The notes: generated by a model from the sequence alone, not told the origin. A stretch of DNA of 64,000 bases from an uncultured Gammaproteobacteria bacterium (GCA_964491475.1 CAZBFO010000004.1:67290-131289), one strand, 5' to 3'; numbered from the stretch's first letter, positions 37,660 to 47,115 are shown. Made by a program: numbers and translations.

Positions 37660-38592
37660 TCATGTCGGTTCGAATTCGTCGCAGCATTCCTTGACGATGC
37701 TGGTGACTTGCTCGGGGGTCAGCTTGCTGCGACGTTTCCTGGGCGATCCGCCGCCGTTGTCGCCGCCGTCCCACTTGTCGGGATCCTTCGGAGAGATGCC
37801 TTCCGCCTCGTTGAGCCGAGCGAACATCTTGTCGACCGGAAACCAGTTGATGAACCGCGAGCGGCGCAGGATGATGTAGCGGTTCACCGGACCCTGCTCG
37901 CCCACCAGCGCGACGAAAGCCTTGATGCCCTTTTGGGCCAGGCCGAGTCGCGCGTTGCGGCCGATCTCGTTGATGAACTGCCATTTGCCGAAGTCCTCGA
38001 TCACGTCGAAACGCATGTCCGGCTCGACTTCCTTGCCCCTGCCGAACAGCGTGGCGCGAATGCGCTTGTGCGTCTGCTCGATGACCGCCTCCATCTTGAC
38101 GGAGCTCATCTTGCAGAGGCTGCCGTCAGCCCGCGCTTCCGCGTACGGGGCGCTGATCCAAAGCAGGCGTTTCAGCAGGTGCCAGCGCTTCTTGATGGGG
38201 TAGAAGCCCACGGACATGTCCAAGAGGTCGGCCAACTGCACGGCCAGCTTGAGCCGCGTCCGATCGACGTGCTCCGGGTGCATCAGGATGTAGGTGCACC
38301 ACTGGATGTCCTCGTCGCAGTCGTTGACGAAGAGGTGGGCACGGGGCTTCCCCTTCTGCGAGAAAGTCTCGAACATGCCCATCTTCACCAAATGCAGCGC
38401 CTGCGCGCAGCTGGACCGCGTCGCGATCCGGTCGCAATCCTGATGATGGTTGATGTTCAGCCGAAGCCCGTCCGGACTCGAACGGGGCGGCCCGTCGCAG
38501 TAGCCGTCGATGGCCACGCTGAACGCCGGATATTCCTGGAACGCGTCCCAGCTGACCGTCTTGTCCGGCTGGACGATTAGTCGCACACCCAT
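37660..38592 (-). CDS. divergent DHH-like phosphoesterase
   Basis: AIDG, NINHH, NDCDED, ADLLD, WDGG...GGSP. Confidence 0.5.
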   Translation of the reverse strand: MGVRLIVQPDKTVSWDAFQEYPAFSVAIDGYCDGPPRSSPDGLRLNINHHQDCDRIATRSSCAQALHLVKMGMFETFSQKGKPRAHLFVNDCDEDIQWCTYILMHPEHVDRTRLKLAVQLADLLDMSVGFYPIKKRWHLLKRLLWISAPYAEARADGSLCKMSSVKMEAVIEQTHKRIRATLFGRGKEVEPDMRFDVIEDFGKWQFINEIGRNARLGLAQKGIKAFVALVGEQGPVNRYIILRRSRFINWFPVDKMFARLNEAEGISPKDPDKWDGGDNGGGSPRKRRSKLTPEQVTSIVKECCDEFEPT

Positions 38593-38732
38593 GGTGAAAC
38601 CTCACTTTTCTCAGCCGGTAAAGGCAATGAAAGGAACGACCCTAAACGCTACTCCCCCAAAGGATTGTGTCAACAGGGCCTTTCCACCACCGGCCGATTT
38701 AGTGCTATACTGGGCCTATCCACGTCATTCCT

Positions 38733-39182
38733 ATGCCGAACGCAAAGCAGAAGCACCGCGTCGATGACGACCTGATCCTGTTCCCCGAAGCGGAACAGCA
38801 GGTTTCCGGCTCGCATGCGGGTTCGCGCACCGAAGACGGCTGGTTCAATGACGACGAGGGCCGCCTGGCCATCGACATCAGCGAGACCGACAAGGAGATC
38901 GTCATCCTGTCGCCCATTGCCGGAGTGAAACCGGAAGACCTGGAAGTGTTCATGCACAACGACATGCTGACGATCCGCGGCAATCGTCATCACGACCTGG
39001 GTACGGTGCCCGGAGGCAAGCACGTCGTCCGCGAATGCCACTGGGGCGCGTTTTCGCGTTCCGTCATCCTGCCCATCGAAATCGATCCGGACGCCATCAC
39101 CGCTACCATCAAGGACGGCGTGCTGACGGTGCGCCTGCCCAAGACGGAGCGCTCGCGCCGCATCGCCGTCAGGGAGCTGTAG
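38733..39182 (+). CDS. small heat shock protein Hsp20
   Basis: LAIDI.E, AGVKPEDL, LTIRG, ECHWGAFSRSVILP, DGVLTVRLPK. Confidence 0.93.
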   Translation: MPNAKQKHRVDDDLILFPEAEQQVSGSHAGSRTEDGWFNDDEGRLAIDISETDKEIVILSPIAGVKPEDLEVFMHNDMLTIRGNRHHDLGTVPGGKHVVRECHWGAFSRSVILPIEIDPDAITATIKDGVLTVRLPKTERSRRIAVREL

Positions 39183-39222
39183 CGCCCTTGAACAAGCGCG
39201 GGCTTCGTGAAAAGCTACACCC

Positions 39223-41124
39223 ATGACCGAGAAACGCGACAAGCGCGGAAGGACGCGGTCACCGTTTGTCCTACGGGCGGTGGCACTTTTTTTATTGGCT
39301 GCCGTCTTTACCGGCATGGCCGCCTACGGCGCGCTTGCCACAGTCAAACAGGACCAGATCATCCAAGGGGTGTCCATCCACGGCATCAGCATCGGCGGCC
39401 GGACCGCCGACGAGGCTTTTGCCGAAATAAAAAAGCAGGTGGAGGGCCTGCGCCTGCATTTCTCCCTCAACGGAGAGACCGTCGAAATCGATCCTGACGC
39501 CGGTGACGTGCCGATCGCCAAATACGACGTCGATACGGCGGTGAGGAAAGCGCTGGAGGTGGGACGGTCGGGCAATCCCGTGATTGCCATGTACGAGAGG
39601 GTGCGCACCGCGCTGGTCGGCACCTCGATCGACCTGCCGCACGCACTCAACGCCACGGCACTTCGCTACGCCCTGGAAAAACGCTTCAGCGACACCATCT
39701 CGCTCGGGAGAGGCGCACGTTTCGCGATTGCCATCGACGGCAACGGCGCGCCCGACGTGACCATCGAACCGGAGCGTGACGGCGCCATGGTCAACTTCGA
39801 CGCCGTGACCCGCGCCACCGATAACCGCCTTTCCGCGCTTTCCGACGAAACCATTGTCATTCCCGCCAAGCGCGACAAGCCGAAGCTGACCAAGGAAGGC
39901 ATTTCGCCGCTGACCCAATCGGTGCTCACGGCCGTGAAGCGCGCGCCGTTCACCCTTATAGCCAAAACCGAGACCTGGACCGTGTCGCGCAGCACCTTTG
40001 CCGACTGGATTGTCGCCGTTCCGGCGGACAACGACGGCGCCCCCGTGCTTTCGCTCGACCGCGACAAGGTACGCGCGTTCATCGAGTCCCGCGCCGGCGG
40101 AATCAGGACCGAACCGAAGAGCGCCGTCTTCGAAGAAAAGGACGGCAAAGTGGTGAATTTCGAGCCCAGCGTCGACGGCGAGACGGTCGATCCGGGCGCG
40201 TCGGCCATCGTCATCGGCGTGCTGGCCTTCGGCACCGATGAGGTGAAACCGATCACCCTGCCGCTAATGCCCGTCCATCCCGACATCGACACCGAGAGGT
40301 CCAACCCGTACGGCATCAAGGAGATCATCGGCGTTGGCGCGACCAACTTCCGCGGCAGCCCCAAGAACCGTCGTCACAACATCGCGGTCGGCGCTGCCAG
40401 CGTGAACGGCACGCTCATTGCGCCCGACGAGGAGTTTTCGATGCTCAAGACGCTCGGCACCATCGACGCCACCACCGGCTACCTGGAGGAGCTGGTCATC
40501 AAGGAAAACAAAACCACGCCGGAGTTCGGCGGCGGCCTCTGCCAGATCGGCTCCACCGCTTTCCGTGCCACGCTCGACTCGGGCTTGCCTGTGACCATGC
40601 GCCAGAATCATTCCTATCGCGTCCCCTATTACGAGCGTGACGGCGACGGCAATGACATCGGTCCGGGCAAAGATGCCACCATCTACGACCCCGCGCCGGA
40701 CTACCGTTTCATCAACGACACCGGCCACGAAATCCTCATCTGGACCAAAATCACCGGCAACAAGCTGACCTTCACCTTTTGGGGCGTGAAGGACGGCCGC
40801 ACCTCCGCACAGACCAAATCGCGCGTTTACAACATCGTGCAGCCCCCGCCCAAGAAGGTCATCCAGACCAGCGAACTCAAGATCGGCGAGGAAAAATGCA
40901 CCGAACACGCCCACGTGGGCAGCGAGGCGGTCTTCGATTACACGGTGGTCTATGCAGACGGCGCCAAGAAGGAGAAGGAGTTCCACAGCCACTACAAACC
41001 GTGGCAAGAAGTCTGCCTGATCGGCGTCGACCCCTCGACGCTCCCGCCCGGCGTCACTTCGCAGGAACTGATCACCTCTCCCGACTCGGCGGCAGCAGAC
41101 ATGCCGACGACGACCAAACCGTAG
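39223..41124 (+). CDS. VanW-family protein with PG_binding_4 repeats
   Basis: N-terminal TM, NR.HNI, GTLIAP.EEFS, GGGLCQ..ST, R.NHSY, DATIY, DYRF.ND. Confidence 0.9.
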   Translation: MTEKRDKRGRTRSPFVLRAVALFLLAAVFTGMAAYGALATVKQDQIIQGVSIHGISIGGRTADEAFAEIKKQVEGLRLHFSLNGETVEIDPDAGDVPIAKYDVDTAVRKALEVGRSGNPVIAMYERVRTALVGTSIDLPHALNATALRYALEKRFSDTISLGRGARFAIAIDGNGAPDVTIEPERDGAMVNFDAVTRATDNRLSALSDETIVIPAKRDKPKLTKEGISPLTQSVLTAVKRAPFTLIAKTETWTVSRSTFADWIVAVPADNDGAPVLSLDRDKVRAFIESRAGGIRTEPKSAVFEEKDGKVVNFEPSVDGETVDPGASAIVIGVLAFGTDEVKPITLPLMPVHPDIDTERSNPYGIKEIIGVGATNFRGSPKNRRHNIAVGAASVNGTLIAPDEEFSMLKTLGTIDATTGYLEELVIKENKTTPEFGGGLCQIGSTAFRATLDSGLPVTMRQNHSYRVPYYERDGDGNDIGPGKDATIYDPAPDYRFINDTGHEILIWTKITGNKLTFTFWGVKDGRTSAQTKSRVYNIVQPPPKKVIQTSELKIGEEKCTEHAHVGSEAVFDYTVVYADGAKKEKEFHSHYKPWQEVCLIGVDPSTLPPGVTSQELITSPDSAAADMPTTTKP

Positions 41125-41131
41125 GCGAACG

Positions 41132-41284
41132 AAAAAACACCCCAATGAGTCGCGCTCAAGAAGAATACTCGGAGGGTAGATCGAGCCGGAGCCCAATACA
41201 TCCTTCAAGTAGTCCCCATGCTTGTCGTGAGCGCGAATCGCTAAGGTGTTTTTTGGTGGCAATTGAAGCTGCTGCTTCAACGAC
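41132..41284 (-). ncRNA. candidate structured small RNA (about 150 nt; 5' hairpin plus 123-nt rod)
   Basis: Own promoter; stems AAAAAACACC/GGUGUUUUUU, UCGCGCUCA/UGAGCGCGA, UACUUG/CGAGUA, UUGGGC/GCUCGA; G-U pairs favour minus strand; ends in U6. Confidence 0.5.
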
Positions 41285-41289
41285 ATAGG

Positions 41290-41318
41290 AACGTACCACG
41301 GCTGGATAAAGCTGTCAA
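41290..41318 (-). promoter_or_regulatory. sigma70 promoter with no credible downstream CDS
   Basis: TTGACA-17-TACGTT with TG extension. Confidence 0.6.
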
Positions 41319-41400
41319 GGGCCCGATGGCCATACAATGACGTCAGGGTCCATAATTCAAAATTTCGCTTATTTTAAGCCAAAAATGTCCCATGTCAGCC

Positions 41401-41429
41401 TTGACAAGGCGGCCCAAATATGTTATGGT
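41401..41429 (+). promoter_or_regulatory. sigma70 promoter
   Basis: TTGACA-17-TATGGT with TG extension. Confidence 0.65.
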
Positions 41430-41610
41430 GTTACGTTCCTTTCCGAAGAAGCTTTGCCCGGCAGTCCTGTCCGCGGACGGGAGTGCGGGGCGAGGAGTCT
41501 TCCTCGACGTTCACTTAACAACGCGTACGCCACAGAGGTACTGCATGAAACAGTCGAGACGCTGACGGGCGATACCGCCCATGACCATTGACACGAATAG
41601 GAGAAGTGCG

Positions 41611-42189
41611 ATGAGAAATACGACTGCACGAAAGACTCGTCCATACGTAACCATGCCCGTGGACAGCGACGAGAGCGTCTACCTGACGGGTTGCACCGAC
41701 AAGCCGGCCAACTCCAGGGACGATGAAATCCGAATCCGCTTCAAGGACGGACCGGGCTTCATGCCTTCGTGGATATTCTCGTGGATCATGCGCTTCATGC
41801 AGAGCCCGAGGACCTCCAAGACCGAGGACGACCGCGTACGGCAAATCGCCGAAAACGAGTTCGTCTTCACCAGAGGGCGGATCACGGCCCACGCCGTGAA
41901 GTACGACGACCGCATCCTGATGAAGGTCGTCGTGCGCCTGCGCGACGACGAAGGCACCTTCGAGCGCGAACTCGACAGCGTGACCTGCGCGGAAATCGAG
42001 AAACGGATTACGGACATGCGCAGTGCGCTTAACCGTTACGACGGCACCAAGGCTTTCCCCGAAATCGCCGACGACGAGAGCCGCTGGTTCGAATCCTTCG
42101 ACAAGTCAGCCTCCGGCGAACCCGCCAGCGGAAGCCGGAGCTCCGAAAACGAGATTCCGGCGTCCGCCGACGCAAGCCAGTCGGCCTAG
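41611..42189 (+). CDS. hypothetical protein
   Basis: AGGAGA SD, promoter, terminator CCCCTGCACGT/ACGTGCAGGGG. Confidence 0.7.
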   Translation: MRNTTARKTRPYVTMPVDSDESVYLTGCTDKPANSRDDEIRIRFKDGPGFMPSWIFSWIMRFMQSPRTSKTEDDRVRQIAENEFVFTRGRITAHAVKYDDRILMKVVVRLRDDEGTFERELDSVTCAEIEKRITDMRSALNRYDGTKAFPEIADDESRWFESFDKSASGEPASGSRSSENEIPASADASQSA

Positions 42190-42286
42190 GCCGACTGCCC
42201 CTGCACGTTCTTACGTGCAGGGGTTTTCTTTTTGCCTCCGCTGGGCTTTACTGAACGCGGCTCCTTATCACGGAAAGAGAGGGCAC

Positions 42287-43243
42287 ATGTCCGATCATCA
42301 CCACGCGCATGACGGTGGCGGCCATGGCGCCGGCAAGGCAGTCAGCGTCACCTTGGTCGTGAACTTGTGCATCACCGCCGCAAAGTGGTTCGCCTTCGCC
42401 GTCACGCGATCGCCTTCGCTGTTCGGCGAGGCGGCGCATTCGACGGCGGACTCCCTGAATCCTCTGGTGCTGTGGCTCGGCCATCGTCGCAGCGGCAGGC
42501 CCGCGCACGATCGTCACCCGCACGGGCACGGGCGCGAAGCGTACTTCTGGTCGCTGATCGCCGCGCAGCTGATGCTGCTGGTAGGCGCCACGCTGACCGC
42601 CTGGCATGGCATCGAGACCATCGTCGACGGCAACGTGCCGCGCATCTCCGCCGCGGCCATCATCGTCATGGCCTTTGCGGCCGTCGGCGAATCGTATTCC
42701 CTGTTCGTCGTCTGGCGGCAGATGCGGGAAGAACGGCGGCAGGGCAAGGAGGGCAAGAACCCCATCCTGCTCGCGCTGCTCGTCGAGAACGGCGCGGACG
42801 TGCTGGGCGTGCTGCTGGCCTTCGCCGGCTACGGCATCTACGCGCTCACGGGCAACGCCTTGTGGGATGCGGGATTCTCGATGGCCATCGCCGCGCTCCT
42901 GGCCGCAACCTCCCTCTTTCTCATCAACCGCAGCCGTTCGCTGATCATCGGCGAGTCCGCCGGCCCCGGAGTGGAAGCGGCGGTGAGGGACGCCATCGAA
43001 GAGCGCCCGCGCTTTGCCACCGCGGTTCGCGTCACCACCACGATGCGCGGACCGGAAGAAATCGAATGCCATGTGGAGATGCAATGGAACCACATGTGGT
43101 TCATCGTCCGAGCCGATTTCAAAGAGCCTGACAACGAGCCGCTGAAGTCCTTTCGCAGGGCCCGCAGGCAGATACGTGCGCTCCGCGCAGAGATCAAAAA
43201 GCGGGCCCCCCAGGTCACCCGCATCATCATCGAAATCTCCTGA
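42287..43243 (+). CDS. cation diffusion facilitator (CDF) transporter
   Basis: His-rich N-terminus, GEAAHSTAD, HPHGHGRE, ENGAD, 6 TMs. Confidence 0.9.
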   Translation: MSDHHHAHDGGGHGAGKAVSVTLVVNLCITAAKWFAFAVTRSPSLFGEAAHSTADSLNPLVLWLGHRRSGRPAHDRHPHGHGREAYFWSLIAAQLMLLVGATLTAWHGIETIVDGNVPRISAAAIIVMAFAAVGESYSLFVVWRQMREERRQGKEGKNPILLALLVENGADVLGVLLAFAGYGIYALTGNALWDAGFSMAIAALLAATSLFLINRSRSLIIGESAGPGVEAAVRDAIEERPRFATAVRVTTTMRGPEEIECHVEMQWNHMWFIVRADFKEPDNEPLKSFRRARRQIRALRAEIKKRAPQVTRIIIEIS

Positions 43244-43280
43244 ACCCGGCCGTATGCCGGGTTTTTATCTGCCGCAGGGC

Positions 43281-44102
43281 CTACTTCCTGGCAAACGAAC
43301 CGGCCGCCGATTTCCCGACGGAAACCAGCGCGAACAGGACGAGCATCAGCAGGACGATCGTGCCGCCGGTGGAGAGGTTGTAGGCGAACGACACGAAGAT
43401 GCCGGCGATCACCGAGGCGACCGACACGAGTTCCGCCACCATCACGGTCACGACGAAGCTCTGGCGGAGCTGCAGCGCGGTGACGACCGGAATGACGATA
43501 AGCGCGGAAATCAGCAGCACGCCGACGATGGGAATGGACAACGACACCGTCAGCGCCGACAGGATGATCAGCACCGCGTTCACCACGCCGGTCGGAATGC
43601 CGCCCACCTTGGCGGCGTCCTCGTCGAAGGCCACGAACACCAGCTCCTTGAAGAAGGCCGCGAGAGCGATCGCCACGGCGACGGCCAAGCCCACGATGAC
43701 CCGCACGTCCGCGTCGGTGACGGTGACGATGCTGCCGAAGAGATAGCTGAACAAGTTGGCGTTCAGACCCTTCGCGAGGCTCAACAGCACGATGGCCAGC
43801 GCCAAGCTGCCGGAAAGGAACAGCGCCAGGGCCGACTCGCCGTAGACGCGCTTGGTGCCGCGCAGCCGTTCGATGCCCAAAGAAGCCGCCACCGTCGTGG
43901 CGATCGCCGTGATCACCGGATCGATGCGCGCCAAGAGGCCGATGGCAATCCCGGCCAGCGAGACGTGCGCCAGGGTGTCGGCGATCAGCGAATAGCGGCG
44001 CAGCACCAGGAAAATCCCGATGAGCGGCGCTATCACGGCGACGACGATGCCTGCTTCGAGGCCGCGGACGATAAATCCGTAATGGAAAAGCGAGGACAGC
44101 AT
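43281..44102 (-). CDS. znuB: Zn/Mn ABC transporter permease
   Basis: LVLRRYSLIADTLAHVSLAG, SYLFGSI, VGVLL. Confidence 0.9.
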   Translation of the reverse strand: MLSSLFHYGFIVRGLEAGIVVAVIAPLIGIFLVLRRYSLIADTLAHVSLAGIAIGLLARIDPVITAIATTVAASLGIERLRGTKRVYGESALALFLSGSLALAIVLLSLAKGLNANLFSYLFGSIVTVTDADVRVIVGLAVAVAIALAAFFKELVFVAFDEDAAKVGGIPTGVVNAVLIILSALTVSLSIPIVGVLLISALIVIPVVTALQLRQSFVVTVMVAELVSVASVIAGIFVSFAYNLSTGGTIVLLMLVLFALVSVGKSAAGSFARK

Positions 44103-44875
44103 CAGTGGTTGTGGCGATGGTGAGTCATGAGCCGCACGTCCTGGCCGAACAGGTTGGCGGTGGCGCTTTCCTTGAGGTACTCCTGCGGCGACATGTGGCA
44201 CACCAAGGTCTTGTCGATGCAGGCGATGTGCATGACTTCCTTGGTCACCATGGCGATGTCGTGCGACACCAGCACCAAGGTCAACCCGAGCTTCTCGTTC
44301 AGCCGCTTCAACAGGGCGTAAAATTCCGCTTGGGCGCGCTCGTCAATGCCCGTGGTCGGCTCGTCCAAGAAGACGATTTCGGGCTTGCCGGCCAGCGCGC
44401 GAGCGATGAACACCCGCTGCTGCTGGCCTCCGGACAGGTCGCCGATGAGACGATTCTTGAATTCGGCCATGCCCACTTGCTCAAGCGCGCGCAGGGCAGC
44501 CTGATGATCCTGCCTGGTCATGCTCCTGAACAGGCCGCGGCGCGCGTAACGCCCCATCAGCACGACCTCGAGCACCGTCGCCGGAAAGTTGACGTCGAAG
44601 TTGGTGACCTTCTGCGGCACGTAGCCGATGCGCGACCAGTCGCGGAACTCGGTGACGTCCTGCCCGAACAGCAGCACTTTTCCGGCCGACGGCCTGATCA
44701 GGCCGAGCATGATCTTGAGCAGCGTGGTCTTGCCGGACCCGTTCGGCCCGATCACGCCCAAATAGTCGCCCTCATGGACGTCGAAGGTGATGTCGGTCAG
44801 CACCTGCTCCTTCCCATAGGAAAAGCCGATGCCCCGGACTTCCACGATGTTCTTGATCTCGCTTACATGCGGCAT
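44102..44875 (-). CDS. znuC: Zn/Mn ABC transporter ATP-binding protein
   Basis: GPNGSGKTT, IGYVPQ, LSGGQQQR, LDEP, His-rich C-terminus. Confidence 0.92.
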   Translation of the reverse strand: MPHVSEIKNIVEVRGIGFSYGKEQVLTDITFDVHEGDYLGVIGPNGSGKTTLLKIMLGLIRPSAGKVLLFGQDVTEFRDWSRIGYVPQKVTNFDVNFPATVLEVVLMGRYARRGLFRSMTRQDHQAALRALEQVGMAEFKNRLIGDLSGGQQQRVFIARALAGKPEIVFLDEPTTGIDERAQAEFYALLKRLNEKLGLTLVLVSHDIAMVTKEVMHIACIDKTLVCHMSPQEYLKESATANLFGQDVRLMTHHRHNH

Positions 44876-45846
44876 TGGAGTGCGGCGCGAAGGTTCGCCA
44901 AGTTATTTCTCATGACCGAAAGATAGTCTTGTCCCTGTGCCGGCGAATCCTGCTGCAATCCCTCGATCGGATCGAGCACCGATGTCTTTGCGCCGGTTTC
45001 GGCGGCGACCGTATCGGCCAGCTTCGGGCTGACCAGGCTCTCGAAGAAGATTGTACCAACTTTGCGCTTCCTCACGAAGGCGGCAATGTCGGCAAGTTCC
45101 TTTGGCGAGGGCTCGGCGTCAGGTGACAGGCCCGCGATCGGCACCTGGTTGAGGCCGTACGCCTTGGCCAGATAGCCGAATGCGGCGTGCGACGTGACGA
45201 TGTCCTTCTTCTCGCAGGAAGACAATCCCTTGCGGTAATCGGCATCGAGCGAATCCAGGTCATTTTTCAGGACGTCGGCATTGGCGCGAAAGGCATCCGC
45301 GTCGGCGGGATCGGCCTTCAGGTATGCCGCCGCGATATGATCCACCATTTGCTTGGCCAAGACGGGACTCAACCATACGTGAGGATCCGCCACATTCTGC
45401 CCCTCCTCCATCATGTGGTCGGTCATGAGGTCCTGACCGACGTTCACCACCAACGTATTGTCCCCGTCGAGGTTCTTTGCCACGCGGCCGCCCCAGGATT
45501 CCAAGCCGCCGAGCAGGATGACCATCTTGGCATCCTCCATTTCGGCGATATCCTGTGCCGTCGGCTCATAGTCATGCGGTTCCGCGCCGGCCGGCGTCAC
45601 GTTCACTACGGAGGCGCGGTCGCCGCCGATTCGCGAGGCGAGGTAATAGAGAGGATAGAAGCTGGTGACCACGCGCACCTTGCCGCCCGCCTCGGGAGCC
45701 TCCGGGGGCCGCACCGCAGGTCGCGTCTGCCACAAAAGGAATGCGCCGACGCCCGCTGCCAAGAGCGCGGCGGCAGTCACCAACGGTTGCCGCCAGTTCG
45801 GCTCTCGACCTTTCGAATCTTTCATTTGATCTGTCATAGCCATCAT
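44863..45846 (-). CDS. znuA: Zn ABC transporter substrate-binding protein
   Basis: EPHDYEP, DPHVWLSP, SHAAFGY, LDPIE. Confidence 0.92.
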   Translation of the reverse strand: MMAMTDQMKDSKGREPNWRQPLVTAAALLAAGVGAFLLWQTRPAVRPPEAPEAGGKVRVVTSFYPLYYLASRIGGDRASVVNVTPAGAEPHDYEPTAQDIAEMEDAKMVILLGGLESWGGRVAKNLDGDNTLVVNVGQDLMTDHMMEEGQNVADPHVWLSPVLAKQMVDHIAAAYLKADPADADAFRANADVLKNDLDSLDADYRKGLSSCEKKDIVTSHAAFGYLAKAYGLNQVPIAGLSPDAEPSPKELADIAAFVRKRKVGTIFFESLVSPKLADTVAAETGAKTSVLDPIEGLQQDSPAQGQDYLSVMRNNLANLRAALQCRM

Positions 45847-45874
45847 GGGGGGGTTGCCAATTGCTCTCCCTTCC

Positions 45875-45904
45875 AGCATAATGCAACATAGTTGCGTTTG
45901 TCAA
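45875..45904 (-). promoter_or_regulatory. znuA promoter containing a palindromic Fur/Zur-type operator
   Basis: TTGACA-18-TATGCT with AATGCAAC-ATA-GTTGCGTT (45880-45898) in the spacer. Confidence 0.65.
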
Positions 45905-45916
45905 ATGTCGAGCCCT

Positions 45917-46384
45917 ATGCCGATCCCAAAAGAAAATCCCTTGGCTGTCCTCCTCCGCCAACGTTCTCTCAAAGTGACGCGCCTGCGCCTCGCCATCCTT
46001 GGCATCCTCCAAAAAGCCCACTCCCCCGTCGGCGCCCCCGAAATCATCACCGCCGCCAGGGAAGAAGGCGCGAATTACGTCACCGTCTACCGCGCCCTCA
46101 ACGCGCTCGAAAAATCAGGCATCCTCCGCCGCGTAAACCTCCGCCACAACCACGCCGACTACGAACTCCAAGACGACGGCGACCACCACCACATCATCTG
46201 CAAAACCTGCGGCAAAATCGAATCTTTCGAAAATTGCCAAATCGACAAGCTCACCAAAGAAATACTCTCCAAGAGCAAGGCGTTCGTGAACGTCGACGAC
46301 CACTCGCTGGAGTTCTTCGGCCAGTGCAAGAACTGCGCCCAGAGCCCACGCAAGACTGCTTTGCGCAGCAAGCAGCCGAGGTGA
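45917..46384 (+). CDS. zur: Fur-family regulator (probable Zur)
   Basis: KVT..R..IL, TVYRAL, HHHIICKTCG, GQCKNC; divergent from znuABC. Confidence 0.85.
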   Translation: MPIPKENPLAVLLRQRSLKVTRLRLAILGILQKAHSPVGAPEIITAAREEGANYVTVYRALNALEKSGILRRVNLRHNHADYELQDDGDHHHIICKTCGKIESFENCQIDKLTKEILSKSKAFVNVDDHSLEFFGQCKNCAQSPRKTALRSKQPR

Positions 46385-46522
46385 GCCGGGACTGGCGGGC
46401 ACCGCCAGACATTGCGCAGCAAAAAACTGGCCGCAGCCAGTTTTTTGTGAGCCTTAGACCAAAACGTTCCCGCAGGAACGTTTTGAGTCGTGTCTGGCGG
46501 CGCCCGCCAGTCCCGGCTCACC
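46380..46522. repeat. 143-bp REPIN/MITE-like cruciform with 32-bp terminal inverted repeats
   Basis: GGTGAGCCGGGACTGGCGGGCACCGCCAGACA versus its reverse complement at 46491-46522 (1 mismatch); two inner hairpins with CGCA loops. Confidence 0.75.
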
Positions 46523-46542
46523 CCCTGTATGAACCGCAACAA

Positions 46543-47115
46543 CTACTTGATGATCTTATCGACAATCCCGTACTCCAAGGCCTCCTCGGCGGTCATGAAG
46601 TAATCGCGATCGGTGTCCTTCTCGACTTTCGAAAAAGGATGCCCGGTGTTGTTGGCAAGAATCTTGTTCAGCTGGTCCTTCATCTTTATGATGCGCTCCG
46701 CGCGGATCTTGATGTCGGAAGCCTGGCCTTCGGCTCCGCCGAGCACCTGGTGAATCATCACTTCGGAATTGGGGAGGACGAAGCGCTTGCCTTTGGCGCC
46801 GGCCGAGAGCAGCACGGCGCCCATCGAGGCGGCCATGCCCACGCAGATGGTGGCGACGTCGCACTTCACCAAGTTCATGGTGTCCATGATGGCCAGGCCG
46901 GCGGTAACGGAGCCGCCCGGGGAGTTGATGTACAGCTTGATGTCCTTGGTCTTGTCCTGGCTCTCGAGGAACAGCAGCTGGGCGATGACGATGTTGGCGA
47001 CATGGTCGTCGATGCCGTCACCGAGGAAGATGATGCGGTCCTTGAGCAGACGGGAGTAGATGTCGTAGGCGCGCTCGTAACCGCCGGACTTTTCGATGAC
47101 CGTGGGGATGAGCAT
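46543..47115 (-). CDS. clpP: ATP-dependent Clp protease proteolytic subunit
   Basis: [42 protein letters not shown]; start could be 47145. Confidence 0.97.
   Translation of the reverse strand: MLIPTVIEKSGGYERAYDIYSRLLKDRIIFLGDGIDDHVANIVIAQLLFLESQDKTKDIKLYINSPGGSVTAGLAIMDTMNLVKCDVATICVGMAASMGAVLLSAGAKGKRFVLPNSEVMIHQVLGGAEGQASDIKIRAERIIKMKDQLNKILANNTGHPFSKVEKDTDRDYFMTAEEALEYGIVDKIIK

Noticed and set aside
41132-41284. Assignment of the rod RNA as SRP RNA, tmRNA or RNase P RNA
   Set aside because: No GNRA-capped helix 8 with CAGG/AGCA loop, no tRNA-like ends, and too short. 6S is left open, but the bubble is atypical.
40264-41337. Minus-strand ORF beginning near the ncRNA promoter
   Set aside because: Mostly antisense to vanW with shadow-type composition. 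The ATG at 41286 is only 3 nt from the -10, probably upstream of the TSS.
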